Of a stretch of 64,000 nt of DNA, positions 9,235 through 19,719 are shown piece by piece. The stretch's first letter is position 1; every line of letters starts with the position of its first letter. Position numbers and translations under genes: made by a program. Origin of the DNA: a bacterium (GTDB lineage: Bacteria; SAR324; JACQKK01); contig OZ252237.1 of NCBI GenBank assembly GCA_965249525.1, positions 1,413,705 through 1,477,704 of the forward strand, written 5' to 3'. The notes under the pieces were generated by a model. The model saw nothing but the letters and a program-made list of their open reading frames with translations, had not been told where the DNA came from and did not search any database.

Positions 9235-12200
9235 CTATCCACCAGGAACAGACAAGGCTTGCTGCAATTGAAAAGTTTGAGACAAGGGGGTGTAATGGAG
9301 TTGAGGCTGGGACTTCATACTCCATAAGGCTTCTACCATAGTATGCGCTCCTTCCAAGGTGGTGTAATAAGGAATATGGTAGTTTAACACCATTCTACGC
9401 AAATGATAGGGGTCCAGTCGCTGTTTATCTGAACTGGTGGTGTTAATCACCAAGGCAATCTGATTGCGCGCCAGGTCATCAAACACACTGCCGGGGAATT
9501 GATCACGCATGTGGACTTCACGCACTTGCTGTATGCCCGCCTTCACTAAGCATTGACGGGTGCCGCGGGTGGCCAGCAGCTGGTAGCCCAGCTGTTGAAG
9601 TTTTTTTGCCAGAGGCACCATGCGGGGTTTATCGGCATCGCGCACTCCTATAAATACACTGCCATCGGTGCGCATGGAGGGAAACACCGCCAGCTGCGAT
9701 TTAATAAAGGCCTCAGCAAAGGTGTCGCCCCGACCCATAACTTCGCCCGTAGAAAGCATCTCTGGCCCCAGTATGAGGTCTACCCCCGGCAGCTTAACAA
9801 AGGGAAACACCGTTTCCTTCACAGCATATGGCACCAGTGGTTGGGGACGCTGCAAGTCTTTGGCCAGCTGTCTTCCCAACATCAGGTGGGTGGCAAGCCT
9901 GGCAGCAGGGAATCCCACCGCCTTGCTAACAAAGGGCACCGTACGCGATGCCCGCGGATTGACCTCCAACAAAAATACCTCTTGTTCCTTTACTGCAAAT
10001 TGGACATTCATCAACCCCACCACCTTTAATTCCAAGGCCAGCAGCTCAGACTGCTTGCGAATCTTCTCTTGCAGCTGCTGAGATAAACTATGCGGAGGCA
10101 GCACGCAGGCACTATCCCCAGAATGCACTCCAGCATGTTCAATATGTTCCATCATCCCCACCACCAACGCCTGACTGCCATCCCCCAGCACATCTACATC
10201 CACCTCCACCGCATCTTCCACAAAACTATCCAGCAGCACCGGGTGACGTGGCGATGCCTGCATCGCCTGATTGAAAAAACCCTCCAAATCTGCCCTGTCC
10301 CGCACCACTTCCATGGCACGACCTCCCAACACATAAGATGGACGCACTATCAAGGGATAGCCAATCTCCTGCGCTTTTTGCTGGGCATCTTCTAGTGATG
10401 ATGCCGTTCTATTCTCTGGCTGCAGCAAATTAAGCTTCCTCACCAAATCAGCAAAGCGCTGACGGTCTTCGGTGCGATCAATACTGTCATAGCTGGTACC
10501 CAAAATGGGAACCCCGACTGCTTCCAAATCCCTAGCCAACTTTAAGGGGGTTTGTCCGCCCAGTTGTATAATCACGCCGTCGGGCTTTTCTTGTTCTAAA
10601 ATCTCCAGCACATCTTCTAAGCAAATAGGCTCAAAATAGAGACGATGAGAAACATCATAATCGGTGCTGACGGTTTCTGGATTACAATTGACCATAATGG
10701 CTTTCCAGCCGGCTTCTCTCAGGGCAAATGCAGCATGGACGCAGCAATAATCAAATTCTATACCTTGTCCAATACGGTTGGGTCCGCTGCCTAAAATCAC
10801 TGCCTTGGGACCAGGGAGCGTTATTATTTCATTTTCTTCTTCATAGCAGGAGTAGAAGTAGGGGGTGGCGGCTTGAAATTCAGCTGCGCAAGTATCCACC
10901 TTTTTGAACACTGGTCGCACCCCCAGTTTTTGGCGGTATGCACGCACTTGGCTTTCTTTGACATGCAGCAGTGTCGCCAGTCGGGAATCCGAAAAGCCCC
11001 AGCTTTTCCAACGGCGCATTTTCTCAGCCTGAATGGAAGTCAGGGTGTTTGATGCAATCTGTGATTCTTCTTCTACCAGCTGGCGTATCTGGTTGATAAA
11101 CCAGGGGTCAATGCCGCTGAGTTGTTGAAGCTGAAGATCTGAGAATCCTCGGCGCATGGCTTCTGCCAGACTGAGCAAACGTTGGGAAGTAGGACTGGCC
11201 AATTCCTGCTTGAGACTTTCCTCTGCCTGCGAGGAGTCTGCTGGCAGCGGTGGCGGGATAAGACCATCTTGTTCCAGTTCCAGCGAACGCAGGGCCTTTT
11301 GCAGGCTTTCTTTGAAGATGCGCCCAATGGCCATGACTTCGCCTACGGACTTCATTTGTATACCCAATTGTGGGGCGGCTGCGGGAAATTTTTCAAAAGC
11401 AAAGCGTGGGATTTTGGTGACCACGTAATCAATGGCAGGCTCAAAGCAGGCAGAAGTTTTGCGGGTGATGTCATTAGGGAGTTCATCTAAAGTGAAGCCA
11501 ACCGCCAGTTTGGCAGCAATTTTGGCAATGGGAAAGCCTGTGGCTTTGGACGCCAAAGCACTGGAGCGTGAGACGCGGGGGTTCATTTCAATTACGTGGA
11601 TATCACCATTTTGAGGATTAACAGCAAACTGAACGTTGGAACCCCCAGTATCCACACCGATTTCACGGATGATGGCAATGGAGAGGTCGCGAAGATGCTG
11701 ATATTCTCTATCGGTAAGGGTTTGTGCGGGGGCAACAGTGATGCTGTCGCCAGTGTGCAGTCCCATGGGGTCAAAGTTTTCAATGGAGCAGATAATCACC
11801 ACATTGTCTTTGGAGTCACGCATGACTTCCATTTCAAATTCTTTCCATCCCAGCACAGATTTTTCCACCAGGACTTGTCTAATGGGAGAAGCTGCCAGTG
11901 CCAGTTTTAACAAAGAGGTCAATTCAGCTTCACTGTGGGCAGCCCCGCCGCCAGCACCCCCTAGGGTAAAAGAGGGGCGTACGATAACAGGCATGCCTAT
12001 TTGGCGGGCGCATGCCACACCTTCTTCTACATTGGTTGCAATGGCACTTTGGGGAACACTGACACCGATACGCTGCATGGCAGCATGAAATTGTTTACGG
12101 TCTTCGGCTTTTTTAATGGAATCCACCCCCGCCCCTATTAATTCCAGCTGGTATTTCTCTAAAATTCCCTGCTGATGTAGTTCTAGGGTGAGGTTTAAGG

Positions 12201-12495
12201 CAGTTTGCCCTCCTACGGTGGGCAGCAGGGCATCTGGGCGTTCGCGTGCAATCACGGCTTCCAAAGAGGCAACTGTGAGTGGTTCTACATAGGTGCATTC
12301 GGCCAGCTCAGGGTCTGTCATGATGGTAGCGGGGTTGCTGTTCACCAGTACCACCCGCAGACCTTCTTCTCGCAGGGCGCGGCATGCCTGTGTACCGCTG
12401 TAATCAAACTCACACGCCTGACCTATGACGATAGGACCAGAACCGATAACCAGTATGCTGTTTAAATCTGGGCGCTTGGGCATAGAAGCAAGCAA
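9235..12495 (-). CDS. carB: carbamoyl-phosphate synthase large subunit
   Basis: 1086 aa. Canonical CarB N-terminus [34 protein letters not shown], duplicated ATP-grasp halves and a MGS-like C-terminus. Confidence 0.95.
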   Translation of the reverse strand: MLASMPKRPDLNSILVIGSGPIVIGQACEFDYSGTQACRALREEGLRVVLVNSNPATIMTDPELAECTYVEPLTVASLEAVIARERPDALLPTVGGQTALNLTLELHQQGILEKYQLELIGAGVDSIKKAEDRKQFHAAMQRIGVSVPQSAIATNVEEGVACARQIGMPVIVRPSFTLGGAGGGAAHSEAELTSLLKLALAASPIRQVLVEKSVLGWKEFEMEVMRDSKDNVVIICSIENFDPMGLHTGDSITVAPAQTLTDREYQHLRDLSIAIIREIGVDTGGSNVQFAVNPQNGDIHVIEMNPRVSRSSALASKATGFPIAKIAAKLAVGFTLDELPNDITRKTSACFEPAIDYVVTKIPRFAFEKFPAAAPQLGIQMKSVGEVMAIGRIFKESLQKALRSLELEQDGLIPPPLPADSSQAEESLKQELASPTSQRLLSLAEAMRRGFSDLQLQQLSGIDPWFINQIRQLVEEESQIASNTLTSIQAEKMRRWKSWGFSDSRLATLLHVKESQVRAYRQKLGVRPVFKKVDTCAAEFQAATPYFYSCYEEENEIITLPGPKAVILGSGPNRIGQGIEFDYCCVHAAFALREAGWKAIMVNCNPETVSTDYDVSHRLYFEPICLEDVLEILEQEKPDGVIIQLGGQTPLKLARDLEAVGVPILGTSYDSIDRTEDRQRFADLVRKLNLLQPENRTASSLEDAQQKAQEIGYPLIVRPSYVLGGRAMEVVRDRADLEGFFNQAMQASPRHPVLLDSFVEDAVEVDVDVLGDGSQALVVGMMEHIEHAGVHSGDSACVLPPHSLSQQLQEKIRKQSELLALELKVVGLMNVQFAVKEQEVFLLEVNPRASRTVPFVSKAVGFPAARLATHLMLGRQLAKDLQRPQPLVPYAVKETVFPFVKLPGVDLILGPEMLSTGEVMGRGDTFAEAFIKSQLAVFPSMRTDGSVFIGVRDADKPRMVPLAKKLQQLGYQLLATRGTRQCLVKAGIQQVREVHMRDQFPGSVFDDLARNQIALVINTTSSDKQRLDPYHLRRMVLNYHIPYYTTLEGAHTMVEALWSMKSQPQLHYTPLSQTFQLQQALSVPGG

Positions 12496-12553
12496 TGGCG
12501 GGATAAAGGAGAAGATAAAAAATCTATAACAAAAGCACTTTACAACATTTCAC

Positions 12554-13036
12554 CTAAAAAATTGCATCTTTGAAAAAAGCCCTGAGTGCACTTTGATAGA
12601 CCTCTCGCTTAAAAGGAGTAACTTCAGCTATGGCTTGGACAGGCATAACCCAGCGCCAGGCATCAAATTCAGGAAGGGGACGATCGGCAAGTGAGATGTC
12701 TCGTTCATCGTTTGCCAGTCGCACCAGAAACCAGGTTTGTTCTTGTCCGTGGTGACGTGCTTGTGGATTCCGCTGCTGTATCTTTTGTAAGACATCTGGA
12801 GGATAACGATAACGCAGCAATTGTGGCAGCTGCTGTAGAATTTCTACCTGTGTGGCACCGATTTCTTCTTCCAGTTCACGTCGCAAACCACTTTCTGGGG
12901 TTTCTCCTGGTAACAGCCCTCCCTGAGGAAACTGCCAGCGATGTTCCAAAGTATCATCCAGGCGACGAAACATCAGCACACGCAAGTGCTGGCTATTGGT
13001 AATCACAGCACAAACATTGGGACGAAACACCAGCAT
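12554..13036 (-). CDS. rppH: RNA pyrophosphohydrolase (NUDIX, RppH/NudH-like)
   Basis: Nudix box GGLLPGETPESGLRRELEEEIGA. RppH-like C-terminus PEFDAWRWV. Start set at the internal Met MLVFRPNV. Confidence 0.7.
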   Translation of the reverse strand: MLVFRPNVCAVITNSQHLRVLMFRRLDDTLEHRWQFPQGGLLPGETPESGLRRELEEEIGATQVEILQQLPQLLRYRYPPDVLQKIQQRNPQARHHGQEQTWFLVRLANDERDISLADRPLPEFDAWRWVMPVQAIAEVTPFKREVYQSALRAFFKDAIF

Positions 13037-13118
13037 GGAAGCATATAGAAAGAAATAGAAACCAGACGAAGAGAGAGAATAAGCAGGCAGGCACTGTAGC
13101 TTAGGCACTGCAGCTGAG

Positions 13119-13838
13119 TCACTGCATCAGGGCTTGCAGCACTTGCTGGGTAGAGGAAAAATCCTTAAACAACAAGTCAGGCTGGCAATCTTGAAGCTGC
13201 TGAAAGGAATACCTTCCCGTAGCAACAGCCACAGCCACAGCTCCAATGTGGCGTGCGCAAGTGATGTCATTAGGGGTGTCGCCCACCACCAAGGTGTGCT
13301 GGCCTTGGAGTGTCCATCCTAATTCTTGCTTTGCCTTCTTTAATGCCAACGGACCCAGCAAACGACGGTCTTCATGGTCTGCGCCATACACCCCTATCTG
13401 AAATCCATCCAGATTGGCTGCTTCCAGCTTCAGCTGGGCTGCTTGGGAGCAATTGCCTGTGAGCAGTCCCATCACCAGATTTTTTTCTTGCTGCACTGCG
13501 GATAATAACTCTGGCACTTTGGGCAGCACATGCACCCTGACTGAATCCAGCAGCTGTTTTAAGTGCCGTGCGTACACCTCCCAGAATCCATCAATACGCA
13601 CTTCCACCTCATGGCGACTAATCCCCGCCATGGCTAATAGTTCATGACAAATGAGTCGCTCTGTCTTACCGCTGTAATCGTATTGCAAGCCAGCAGTAGA
13701 ACACTGCCATACTTCTTCCAGCGCACCACGCAGGGCTTGATCTCCTATTCCGCGCAGCCGCAGCAGGGTGCCGTCTATATCAAAAAGCACCAATCGCCTA
13801 GCAGACATCTCATCCTTTTTCTCATGAGCAGCACCCAC
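13119..13838 (-). CDS. HAD-superfamily hydrolase (phosphoglycolate phosphatase-like)
   Basis: 239 aa. HAD motif I LVLFDIDGTLL. C-terminal motif VGDTPNDITCARHIGA. Confidence 0.7.
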   Translation of the reverse strand: MGAAHEKKDEMSARRLVLFDIDGTLLRLRGIGDQALRGALEEVWQCSTAGLQYDYSGKTERLICHELLAMAGISRHEVEVRIDGFWEVYARHLKQLLDSVRVHVLPKVPELLSAVQQEKNLVMGLLTGNCSQAAQLKLEAANLDGFQIGVYGADHEDRRLLGPLALKKAKQELGWTLQGQHTLVVGDTPNDITCARHIGAVAVAVATGRYSFQQLQDCQPDLLFKDFSSTQQVLQALMQ

Positions 13839-13845
13839 AAGCTGC

Positions 13846-14607
13846 TTAGACCGCTGAGTGCATCTGCTGCTGCCAGCTTTTCAACGGCTGCATCTGCAAA
13901 CGCGATAGATAAAACAGCACCTGTGCTGCCACCCCAAAAGGGGCTGCCAACGAGGAGAAAATGACTATCAACAGCGGGGAAAAAGGTCCAGGAAACCAGC
14001 TATTCTGTATCAATACCAAAATCAGCGGCAGCAGTTTTACCACAAAGAACAGGCTGGTAAACAAACCCAAGCTGGTGAAAAAATCTGCGCGGGTAAGACT
14101 GGCTGAGCGCGCCAATGCCGCATGCGGCAACGGCGTCTCCCACAACGCAACACATACTGCCAACTGAAACAAAGCTCCCAACAACACCCCCGGGATAATC
14201 ATCAGTATAAAACCCACCACCCCAATAAAACTGGCTGCCAAATAGGTCAGCAACACCCCCACCCAAGGTGCTGCTGCTGCAAACTTCAACAAGCCCACCA
14301 TTCCCAAGGGCGGGGCATCCCCCTTGGACTTCTCCCCTCCCCCTTCCTTACATACCGCAAAGCCCACTGCCAAGGTCAGCAGCATCACCGATACCCCATC
14401 GCTCAACACCGACACCAACAAAGACAATCCCAGTGTACCCGCACCAATCTGTTCTTGCTGAAGATTCAGCAGCAAGGCCATCAACAACACCATCGCCTGC
14501 GACAGCAGCGCCACCCCAAACCACAATGGCAAATGTCTCCCGTACAACTCCCCCGCCAGCTTCAACAATTCAAATAACGACAGCCTTTGCAATCTAGAAA
14601 TATCCAT
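13846..14607 (-). CDS. hypothetical polytopic inner-membrane protein
   Basis: 253 aa, about 6 hydrophobic helices. No recognisable catalytic motif. Confidence 0.4.
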   Translation of the reverse strand: MDISRLQRLSLFELLKLAGELYGRHLPLWFGVALLSQAMVLLMALLLNLQQEQIGAGTLGLSLLVSVLSDGVSVMLLTLAVGFAVCKEGGGEKSKGDAPPLGMVGLLKFAAAAPWVGVLLTYLAASFIGVVGFILMIIPGVLLGALFQLAVCVALWETPLPHAALARSASLTRADFFTSLGLFTSLFFVVKLLPLILVLIQNSWFPGPFSPLLIVIFSSLAAPFGVAAQVLFYLSRLQMQPLKSWQQQMHSAV

Positions 14608-14633
14608 ATGTGTTTCTTAGCACTCCACCAATA

Positions 14634-15107
14634 TCATTTTCCACTGCTGCCAAAGCCTCCTTCGCCCCTTGCCGTCTCATCCAATGAAGCAACACGCTCC
14701 ACCCACACCTCTTCTAAGCGACGCACCAGCAACTGGGCAATCCGCTGCCCCTTCAAAGCTTCAGCCGCTGCAAATGCTTCATCCAGATGACCCAAATAAC
14801 GCAACACCACCAAAATAGCACCCCGATAGGTCGAGTCAATCACTCCCACCCCATTGGCTAAAATAAAATCTTGTTTGCACAAGCCAGAACGCGCCACCAC
14901 TTCACAATAGCACCCCTTTGGAGGCTGCACCGAAAGTCCGCAGTCAAATGCAAACAAACTCGGCCGCCATTGTTCCATTCGCATGGCAGTTAAATCCAAC
15001 CCCGCATCTCCCGCATAGGCACGCTGCAGCTGAGGAACATCTTTCAAATGGTAATGCACCCGCAGACTATTTGAGCGCAAATTTCCTGCTGTTGAATCGC
15101 TTTCCAT
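14634..15107 (-). CDS. dut: dUTP diphosphatase
   Basis: Motifs AGDAGLDL, RSGL, GVIDSTYRG, RGEGGFGSSG. Confidence 0.85.
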   Translation of the reverse strand: MESDSTAGNLRSNSLRVHYHLKDVPQLQRAYAGDAGLDLTAMRMEQWRPSLFAFDCGLSVQPPKGCYCEVVARSGLCKQDFILANGVGVIDSTYRGAILVVLRYLGHLDEAFAAAEALKGQRIAQLLVRRLEEVWVERVASLDETARGEGGFGSSGK

Positions 15108-15161
15108 GGTCTTTTCTTTTATCTGACAGAACATATTTCCCAGGTGTGCAGCATTGGCTGC

Positions 15162-16037
15162 CTATTTTCTCACAGTCAATTTTACTGCTGGGGCATTGGC
15201 AGCCAGCAGAACACCGCAATGCGGGCATTTGAGGGAAGGCTTGCTCGGCTTCTCTTCTCCTTGGCGTCTGTCTTGCTTTTTGTGTGCCATTTTTTCATGT
15301 TCCCGATATCCCTCCAGCTGTTTGATGAAGGTAGCCCCAAACAAACCTGCTGGAAACGCCAGCATCATGACCCCCAGCACCTGAATCATCCCCCCCAGCA
15401 GCCGCCCCAAAGGAGTGATGGGATACATATCTCCATAACCTACTGTGGTCAGGGTGGTAACTGCCCACCAAAATGCAGCTGCAACACTGTTGAACACCTG
15501 CGGCTGGGCACCGCTTTCCACATAGTACATCAAGCTGGCAGAAAAAGAGATCGCAAACAGCCACAACATAACAATCATCCATATTTCTCGTCGCAATTGA
15601 TGCAGCATGTTGTTCATCAGCATAGGCAACACACTGTAGCGCGCCAGCTTAAATACCCGTGCCAGTCGCAATACCCGAATCACCCGCAAATCAATGTTAC
15701 TCGGCAAAAACAGCGGCGCCAGCACCACCAAATCTATCAACATCATGGGATGCAGTATAAACAGCAGCCGTCCTTTCCAACGGCTGCGTATATTGAATGC
15801 CGTACAACACCAGATTCTCAGCAAATACTCCCCCAAGAATATGACCAAAGAGAAAGTCTCCACCCGCTGCAGCCACACCTTGCTTACCCTTTCCTCCGCT
15901 AAACTCTCCAGCATGACAGCCAGAAAATTGACTGCTATCAATCCAATCAAAGACCAATGCACCACCGCTGCCAACGCAATAGGGGAACGGCGATCCTCCA
16001 GCAGCTTGAAGACAAAAATATGCAGCCCAGCAAACAA
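15162..16037 (-). CDS. voltage-gated potassium channel (Kv/KvAP-like, 6TM)
   Basis: 291 aa. S4 voltage sensor with Arg every third residue (RVIRVLRLARVFKLAR). K+ selectivity filter TVGYGD. Confidence 0.8.
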   Translation of the reverse strand: MFAGLHIFVFKLLEDRRSPIALAAVVHWSLIGLIAVNFLAVMLESLAEERVSKVWLQRVETFSLVIFLGEYLLRIWCCTAFNIRSRWKGRLLFILHPMMLIDLVVLAPLFLPSNIDLRVIRVLRLARVFKLARYSVLPMLMNNMLHQLRREIWMIVMLWLFAISFSASLMYYVESGAQPQVFNSVAAAFWWAVTTLTTVGYGDMYPITPLGRLLGGMIQVLGVMMLAFPAGLFGATFIKQLEGYREHEKMAHKKQDRRQGEEKPSKPSLKCPHCGVLLAANAPAVKLTVRK

Positions 16038-16071
16038 GCAAAACTCCTATGCGCTTAGATCAACAGCTACC

Positions 16072-16111
16072 GAGGCAGATAGGCAGACAGGCAGACAGGC
16101 AGACAGGCGGA
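16072..16111. repeat. 8-bp microsatellite (AGGCAGAC) x5
   Basis: Read directly. Lies between the K+ channel start and the gcvPB end. Confidence 0.85.
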
Positions 16112-16204
16112 CAACCTGGCTTTGCTGCCAATGATGAACAGCGATGAACAGCCAAGCAATGAGCATGACGCAGGAGATTGGCAGTCATGAAACAGCAAAG
16201 GGTT

Positions 16205-17710
16205 TCATGGTTTGGAATGGGCATCCCCTTTTTGCCAGCGCAGCACAGGATTGCGTGCTGCAGCAGCTTCATCCATGCGACGACGGGGGGTAAGGTGGGG
16301 GGCATTTCTTACCAACTCGGGGTCTTCTTCGGCTTCAGCCAAGATGGCATGCAAGGATGCTACAAAACGATCCAACTCTGCCTTGGGTTCAGATTCGGTG
16401 GGTTCCACCATCAATGCACCGTGTACAGTGAGGGGAAAGTAGATAGTGGGAGGATGAAAACCGTAGTCCAGCAGCCGTTTGGCGAGATCTAGGGTGGTGA
16501 TGCCGCGCTCTTCCAAACCTTTGTCGGTAAAGACCACCTCATGCATGGTGGGCAGCGTGGTGCTGGGTTGAAGCAATGGCTGCAATTTGTGCCGCAGATA
16601 ATTGGCATTAAGCACCGCCACACGACTCATTTGGGTGAGACCATCCCCGCCCATGGCTTTGATGTAAGACAACGCCCGCAGCAAAATGCCCGTATTACCG
16701 TAAAAAGAAGACACCTTGCCCACACTTTGTGGTTTGTCCCAATTGAAACAGTAGCTGCCATTGGAACGTTCTATGCTGGGAACAGGAAGAAATGGTTCCA
16801 GTTCCTTGGTACAAAAACAAGGACCCGCACCAGGACCGCCGCCGCCGTGAGGGGTGGAGAAGGTTTTGTGGAGGTTGATATGCATCACGTCCATGCCATA
16901 ATCTGCTGGACGCGCCACCCCTACCTGGGCATTCATGTTGGCGCCATCACAATAGATATAGCCGCCTCTGGAATGGACAATATCAGCAATTTTTTTAATT
17001 TCTGGCTCAAAAATACCCAAGGTATTGGGATTGGTCAGCATCAAACCTGCTACATTATCGTTCATTTGATCAAGCAGATGGTTGGTGTCCATGGCGCCTT
17101 GTTCGGTGCTTTTGAGTTCTTTGACTTCAAAGCCAGCTATCACGGCACTGGCGGGGTTGGTACCGTGGGCGCTATCGGGCACCAGCATGATGGGTCTTTT
17201 TTCATTTTTTTCATCCAGGCGGGCGCGAATCAGAAAAACGCCGGTCAATTCCCCCTGCGCACCTGCAGCTGGCTGCAAAGAAACCGAGTGAAACCCTGTC
17301 ATCTCCAATAGTGCCTCTTGCAAAATCCACAGCCCCTCCAGCATGCCCTGGGTCAATTTTTCTGGTGCCAGCGGATGCACCCTCCCCAGCCCAGGCGTAC
17401 GCACAGCCACCTCATTGATGCGCGGATTGTACTTCATGGTACAAGAACCCAATGGATACATGGATGCATCAATGGAGACATTCATCTTGGAAAGGCGGGT
17501 AAAATGCCGCACAGTCTCAAACTCTGACAACTGGGGCAGCCCTGCCAAATTATCCTCACGCAAGGCAGCACCTTTCATGGCTGCTGCCAGCTCCACCTCA
17601 GGTACATCCAAGGGCTTCAATTTCACCCCGCATTCCCCTCCTGCATCGTATTCAAAGCTGAGTGGTTCTTCTTGAATCATCCCCAGCGGTCTGACTTTGT
17701 CGTTGCTCAT
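16205..17710 (-). CDS. gcvPB: glycine dehydrogenase (decarboxylating) subunit 2
   Basis: PLP-dependent GcvPB. N-terminus MSNDKVRPLGMIQEEPLSFEYDAGG. Its ATG overlaps the gcvPA stop (ATGA). Confidence 0.9.
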   Translation of the reverse strand: MSNDKVRPLGMIQEEPLSFEYDAGGECGVKLKPLDVPEVELAAAMKGAALREDNLAGLPQLSEFETVRHFTRLSKMNVSIDASMYPLGSCTMKYNPRINEVAVRTPGLGRVHPLAPEKLTQGMLEGLWILQEALLEMTGFHSVSLQPAAGAQGELTGVFLIRARLDEKNEKRPIMLVPDSAHGTNPASAVIAGFEVKELKSTEQGAMDTNHLLDQMNDNVAGLMLTNPNTLGIFEPEIKKIADIVHSRGGYIYCDGANMNAQVGVARPADYGMDVMHINLHKTFSTPHGGGGPGAGPCFCTKELEPFLPVPSIERSNGSYCFNWDKPQSVGKVSSFYGNTGILLRALSYIKAMGGDGLTQMSRVAVLNANYLRHKLQPLLQPSTTLPTMHEVVFTDKGLEERGITTLDLAKRLLDYGFHPPTIYFPLTVHGALMVEPTESEPKAELDRFVASLHAILAEAEEDPELVRNAPHLTPRRRMDEAAAARNPVLRWQKGDAHSKP

Positions 17711-19062
17711 GAAGCAGCCTCCTTCAATCCAGCAACCAAGGCATCCAATTGGGGCTTGTCTTTCACTTCTGTCACCGCCACCAATAAACGATTGGCATCT
17801 TCTGGGCGCAAACTTCTCAAATCTAAGCCAGGCAATAAATCCCGCTGCAAACAGCGCTCTACCACCGTGGCTGCTGGCAACGGACACTCCAAGGCAACTT
17901 CATTAAACACAGCACCAGAAAACGCCATCTGATAGCTCGGCGCTTCTTGCTTGATGCGCTCCAAGAAATAGTGCATGCGACTGACATTCTGGTGCGCAGT
18001 CTCTAATAAACCAGCACGACCCATCAAGGTGAGATACGCCAGGCATGCCACCATGACCAAATTTTGATTGCTGCAAATATTACTGGTGGCACGCGAACGA
18101 CGAATATGCTGCTCCCGCGCAGCCAAGGTCAACATAAATCCACGGCGGCCATCCGCATCTTTCCCCATCCCTGCCAAACGACCGGGTATCTGACGCACAT
18201 GCTTCTGACGCGCTGCCAAAAACCCCAAATACGGACCCCCAAACAGCTGTGGAATCCCAAAACCCTGCGCCTCACCCGCCACAATGTCCGCTCCGCATGC
18301 CCCCGGCGGCTTTAACACACTTAAACTATGCGGTTCATTCACCACCACCACCAACAGCGCACCCACTGCATGCACCGCCTCCGCCAAAGGCTCAAGATCT
18401 TCCACCACACCATAAAAATTGGGATGTTGAACCACCAGGCAGCTCACCTCATCATTCAGTTCCCCCTTCAGTTTCCCCAAATCCAGCCGACCCGAATCCT
18501 GCTCCAAGGGAACATCCTTCAAGGCTATATTCAAATACCGCAAATATGATGCACTCACCTGCCGATACAACGGATGCAGACTCTCCGCCACCAAGGCAGT
18601 AGAACGATTCTTGCCCAGTCTATCCGCCATCAACAATGCCTCCGCACAGGCAGAAGCGCCATCATATAAAGAGGCATTGGACACCTCCATGCCGCTTAAT
18701 TCGCTCATAAAGGTTTGGAATTCAAATATGGCCTGCAATGTCCCTTGACTGACCTCAGGCTGATACGGCGTATATGAAGTAAAAAACTCACCGCGTGAAA
18801 TAATGCTGTCCGCCACCAATGGCGAAAAATGCTCATAGCTGCCGGCACCCAAAAACGACTGGCAGCGGTTGTAATCGTTCTTGGCAGCCAAGTGCTGAAA
18901 CCATTCCAATTGCTCGGCTTCTGGCATGCCGTCTTCCAGCTTCAACGGGCGCTTTAAGCGCGCCTGTTCTGGGACAGCTTCCAACAGCTGTTCTATGTCG
19001 GCTACTCCCATTTCGTTGAGCATCTGCTGCTGAATCTGTTCACTATTGGGAATAAAACGCAT
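17707..19062 (-). CDS. gcvPA: glycine dehydrogenase (decarboxylating) subunit 1
   Basis: 451 aa. GcvPA-type N-terminal half of the P-protein. Translationally coupled to gcvPB. Confidence 0.9.
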   Translation of the reverse strand: MRFIPNSEQIQQQMLNEMGVADIEQLLEAVPEQARLKRPLKLEDGMPEAEQLEWFQHLAAKNDYNRCQSFLGAGSYEHFSPLVADSIISRGEFFTSYTPYQPEVSQGTLQAIFEFQTFMSELSGMEVSNASLYDGASACAEALLMADRLGKNRSTALVAESLHPLYRQVSASYLRYLNIALKDVPLEQDSGRLDLGKLKGELNDEVSCLVVQHPNFYGVVEDLEPLAEAVHAVGALLVVVVNEPHSLSVLKPPGACGADIVAGEAQGFGIPQLFGGPYLGFLAARQKHVRQIPGRLAGMGKDADGRRGFMLTLAAREQHIRRSRATSNICSNQNLVMVACLAYLTLMGRAGLLETAHQNVSRMHYFLERIKQEAPSYQMAFSGAVFNEVALECPLPAATVVERCLQRDLLPGLDLRSLRPEDANRLLVAVTEVKDKPQLDALVAGLKEAAS

Positions 19063-19260
19063 GGGAACTCTTACAAAAAATTATAGACAGAAATGCCCAC
19101 CCAACGCGGGCGTGCCATTTATCAACAAATCCCTCTTAAAAAACCAACTAGCGTCAAATCCCCGCAAGAATCCATTAACGATAACCTGCATTTGACTTGT
19201 CGGAGAGTTTTCCTCATATACGGAGCTAAGGCAAGTTGCCTGCAATAAGAAGCATCTGAC

Positions 19261-19376
19261 ACAAAGGATTTGATACAACTGGTTTGGCACAAAGGTTTTT
19301 GCATAACGGGTTTGATACAACTGGTTTGATACAACGGGTTTCGCACAACGGGTTTCGCACAAAGGTTTTTGCACTG
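19261..19376. repeat. degenerate 13-14 bp tandem repeats (GGTTTGATACAAC / GGGTTTCGCACAAC / AAAGGTTTTTGCA), 8 units
   Basis: Read directly. gcvPA/methyltransferase divergent region. Confidence 0.8.
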
Positions 19377-19484
19377 ATTAGCCAGAGACTTCTCAAACCC
19401 TCTCAGAAAGTATATACACTATATGTGTGTGTGAGGGCAACCCTATGGGGAGAATTATTGATTTACCCAAAGCCCACCCGTGAA

Positions 19485-19645
19485 GACGCAGCAAGTATGA
19501 AAAACAAACCAAGAAGCAGGCATGGGGACAAAAAGTATATCCAGGCAGCTAAGATGCAGCAGCTGAGACGCAGCAAGTATGAAAAACAAGCCAAGAAGCA
19601 GGCATGGGGACAAAAAGTCCAGGCAGCTAGGATGCAGCAACTAAG
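19485..19645. repeat. approx. 80-bp tandem duplication (2 copies) followed by GATACAGCCACTAA x2
   Basis: The copy GACGCAGCAAGTATGAAAAACAA(A/G)CCAAGAAGCAGGCATGGGGACAAAAAGT...CCAGGCAGCTA(A/G)GATGCAGCA occurs twice. Confidence 0.85.
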
Positions 19646-19719
19646 ATACAGCCACTAAGATACAGCCACTAAGATGAACTGGACAGACACCACATTTTTA
19701 CCAAAGGAATTAAGAAGCC

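Noticed and set aside
15144-15902. 252-aa plus-strand ORF (Q/H-rich) opposite the K+ channel gene
   Set aside because: It is an antisense shadow ORF of a confidently identified channel gene. Low-complexity composition.
19063-19260. Glycine riboswitch in the gcvPA leader
   Set aside because: Reverse-complemented the leader and looked for the conserved GGAGAG...CUCUGGAGAG...ACCGAAGGGGCAA elements. Only an unrelated GGAGAG occurs, on the wrong strand. An Infernal scan is needed for certainty.
19081-19374. 97-aa and 74-aa ORFs with repeated peptide motifs (YQTRYAK..., LYQTSCIK...)
   Set aside because: They are generated by translating the 13-14-bp DNA tandem repeats. No start context. Lies inside an intergenic region.
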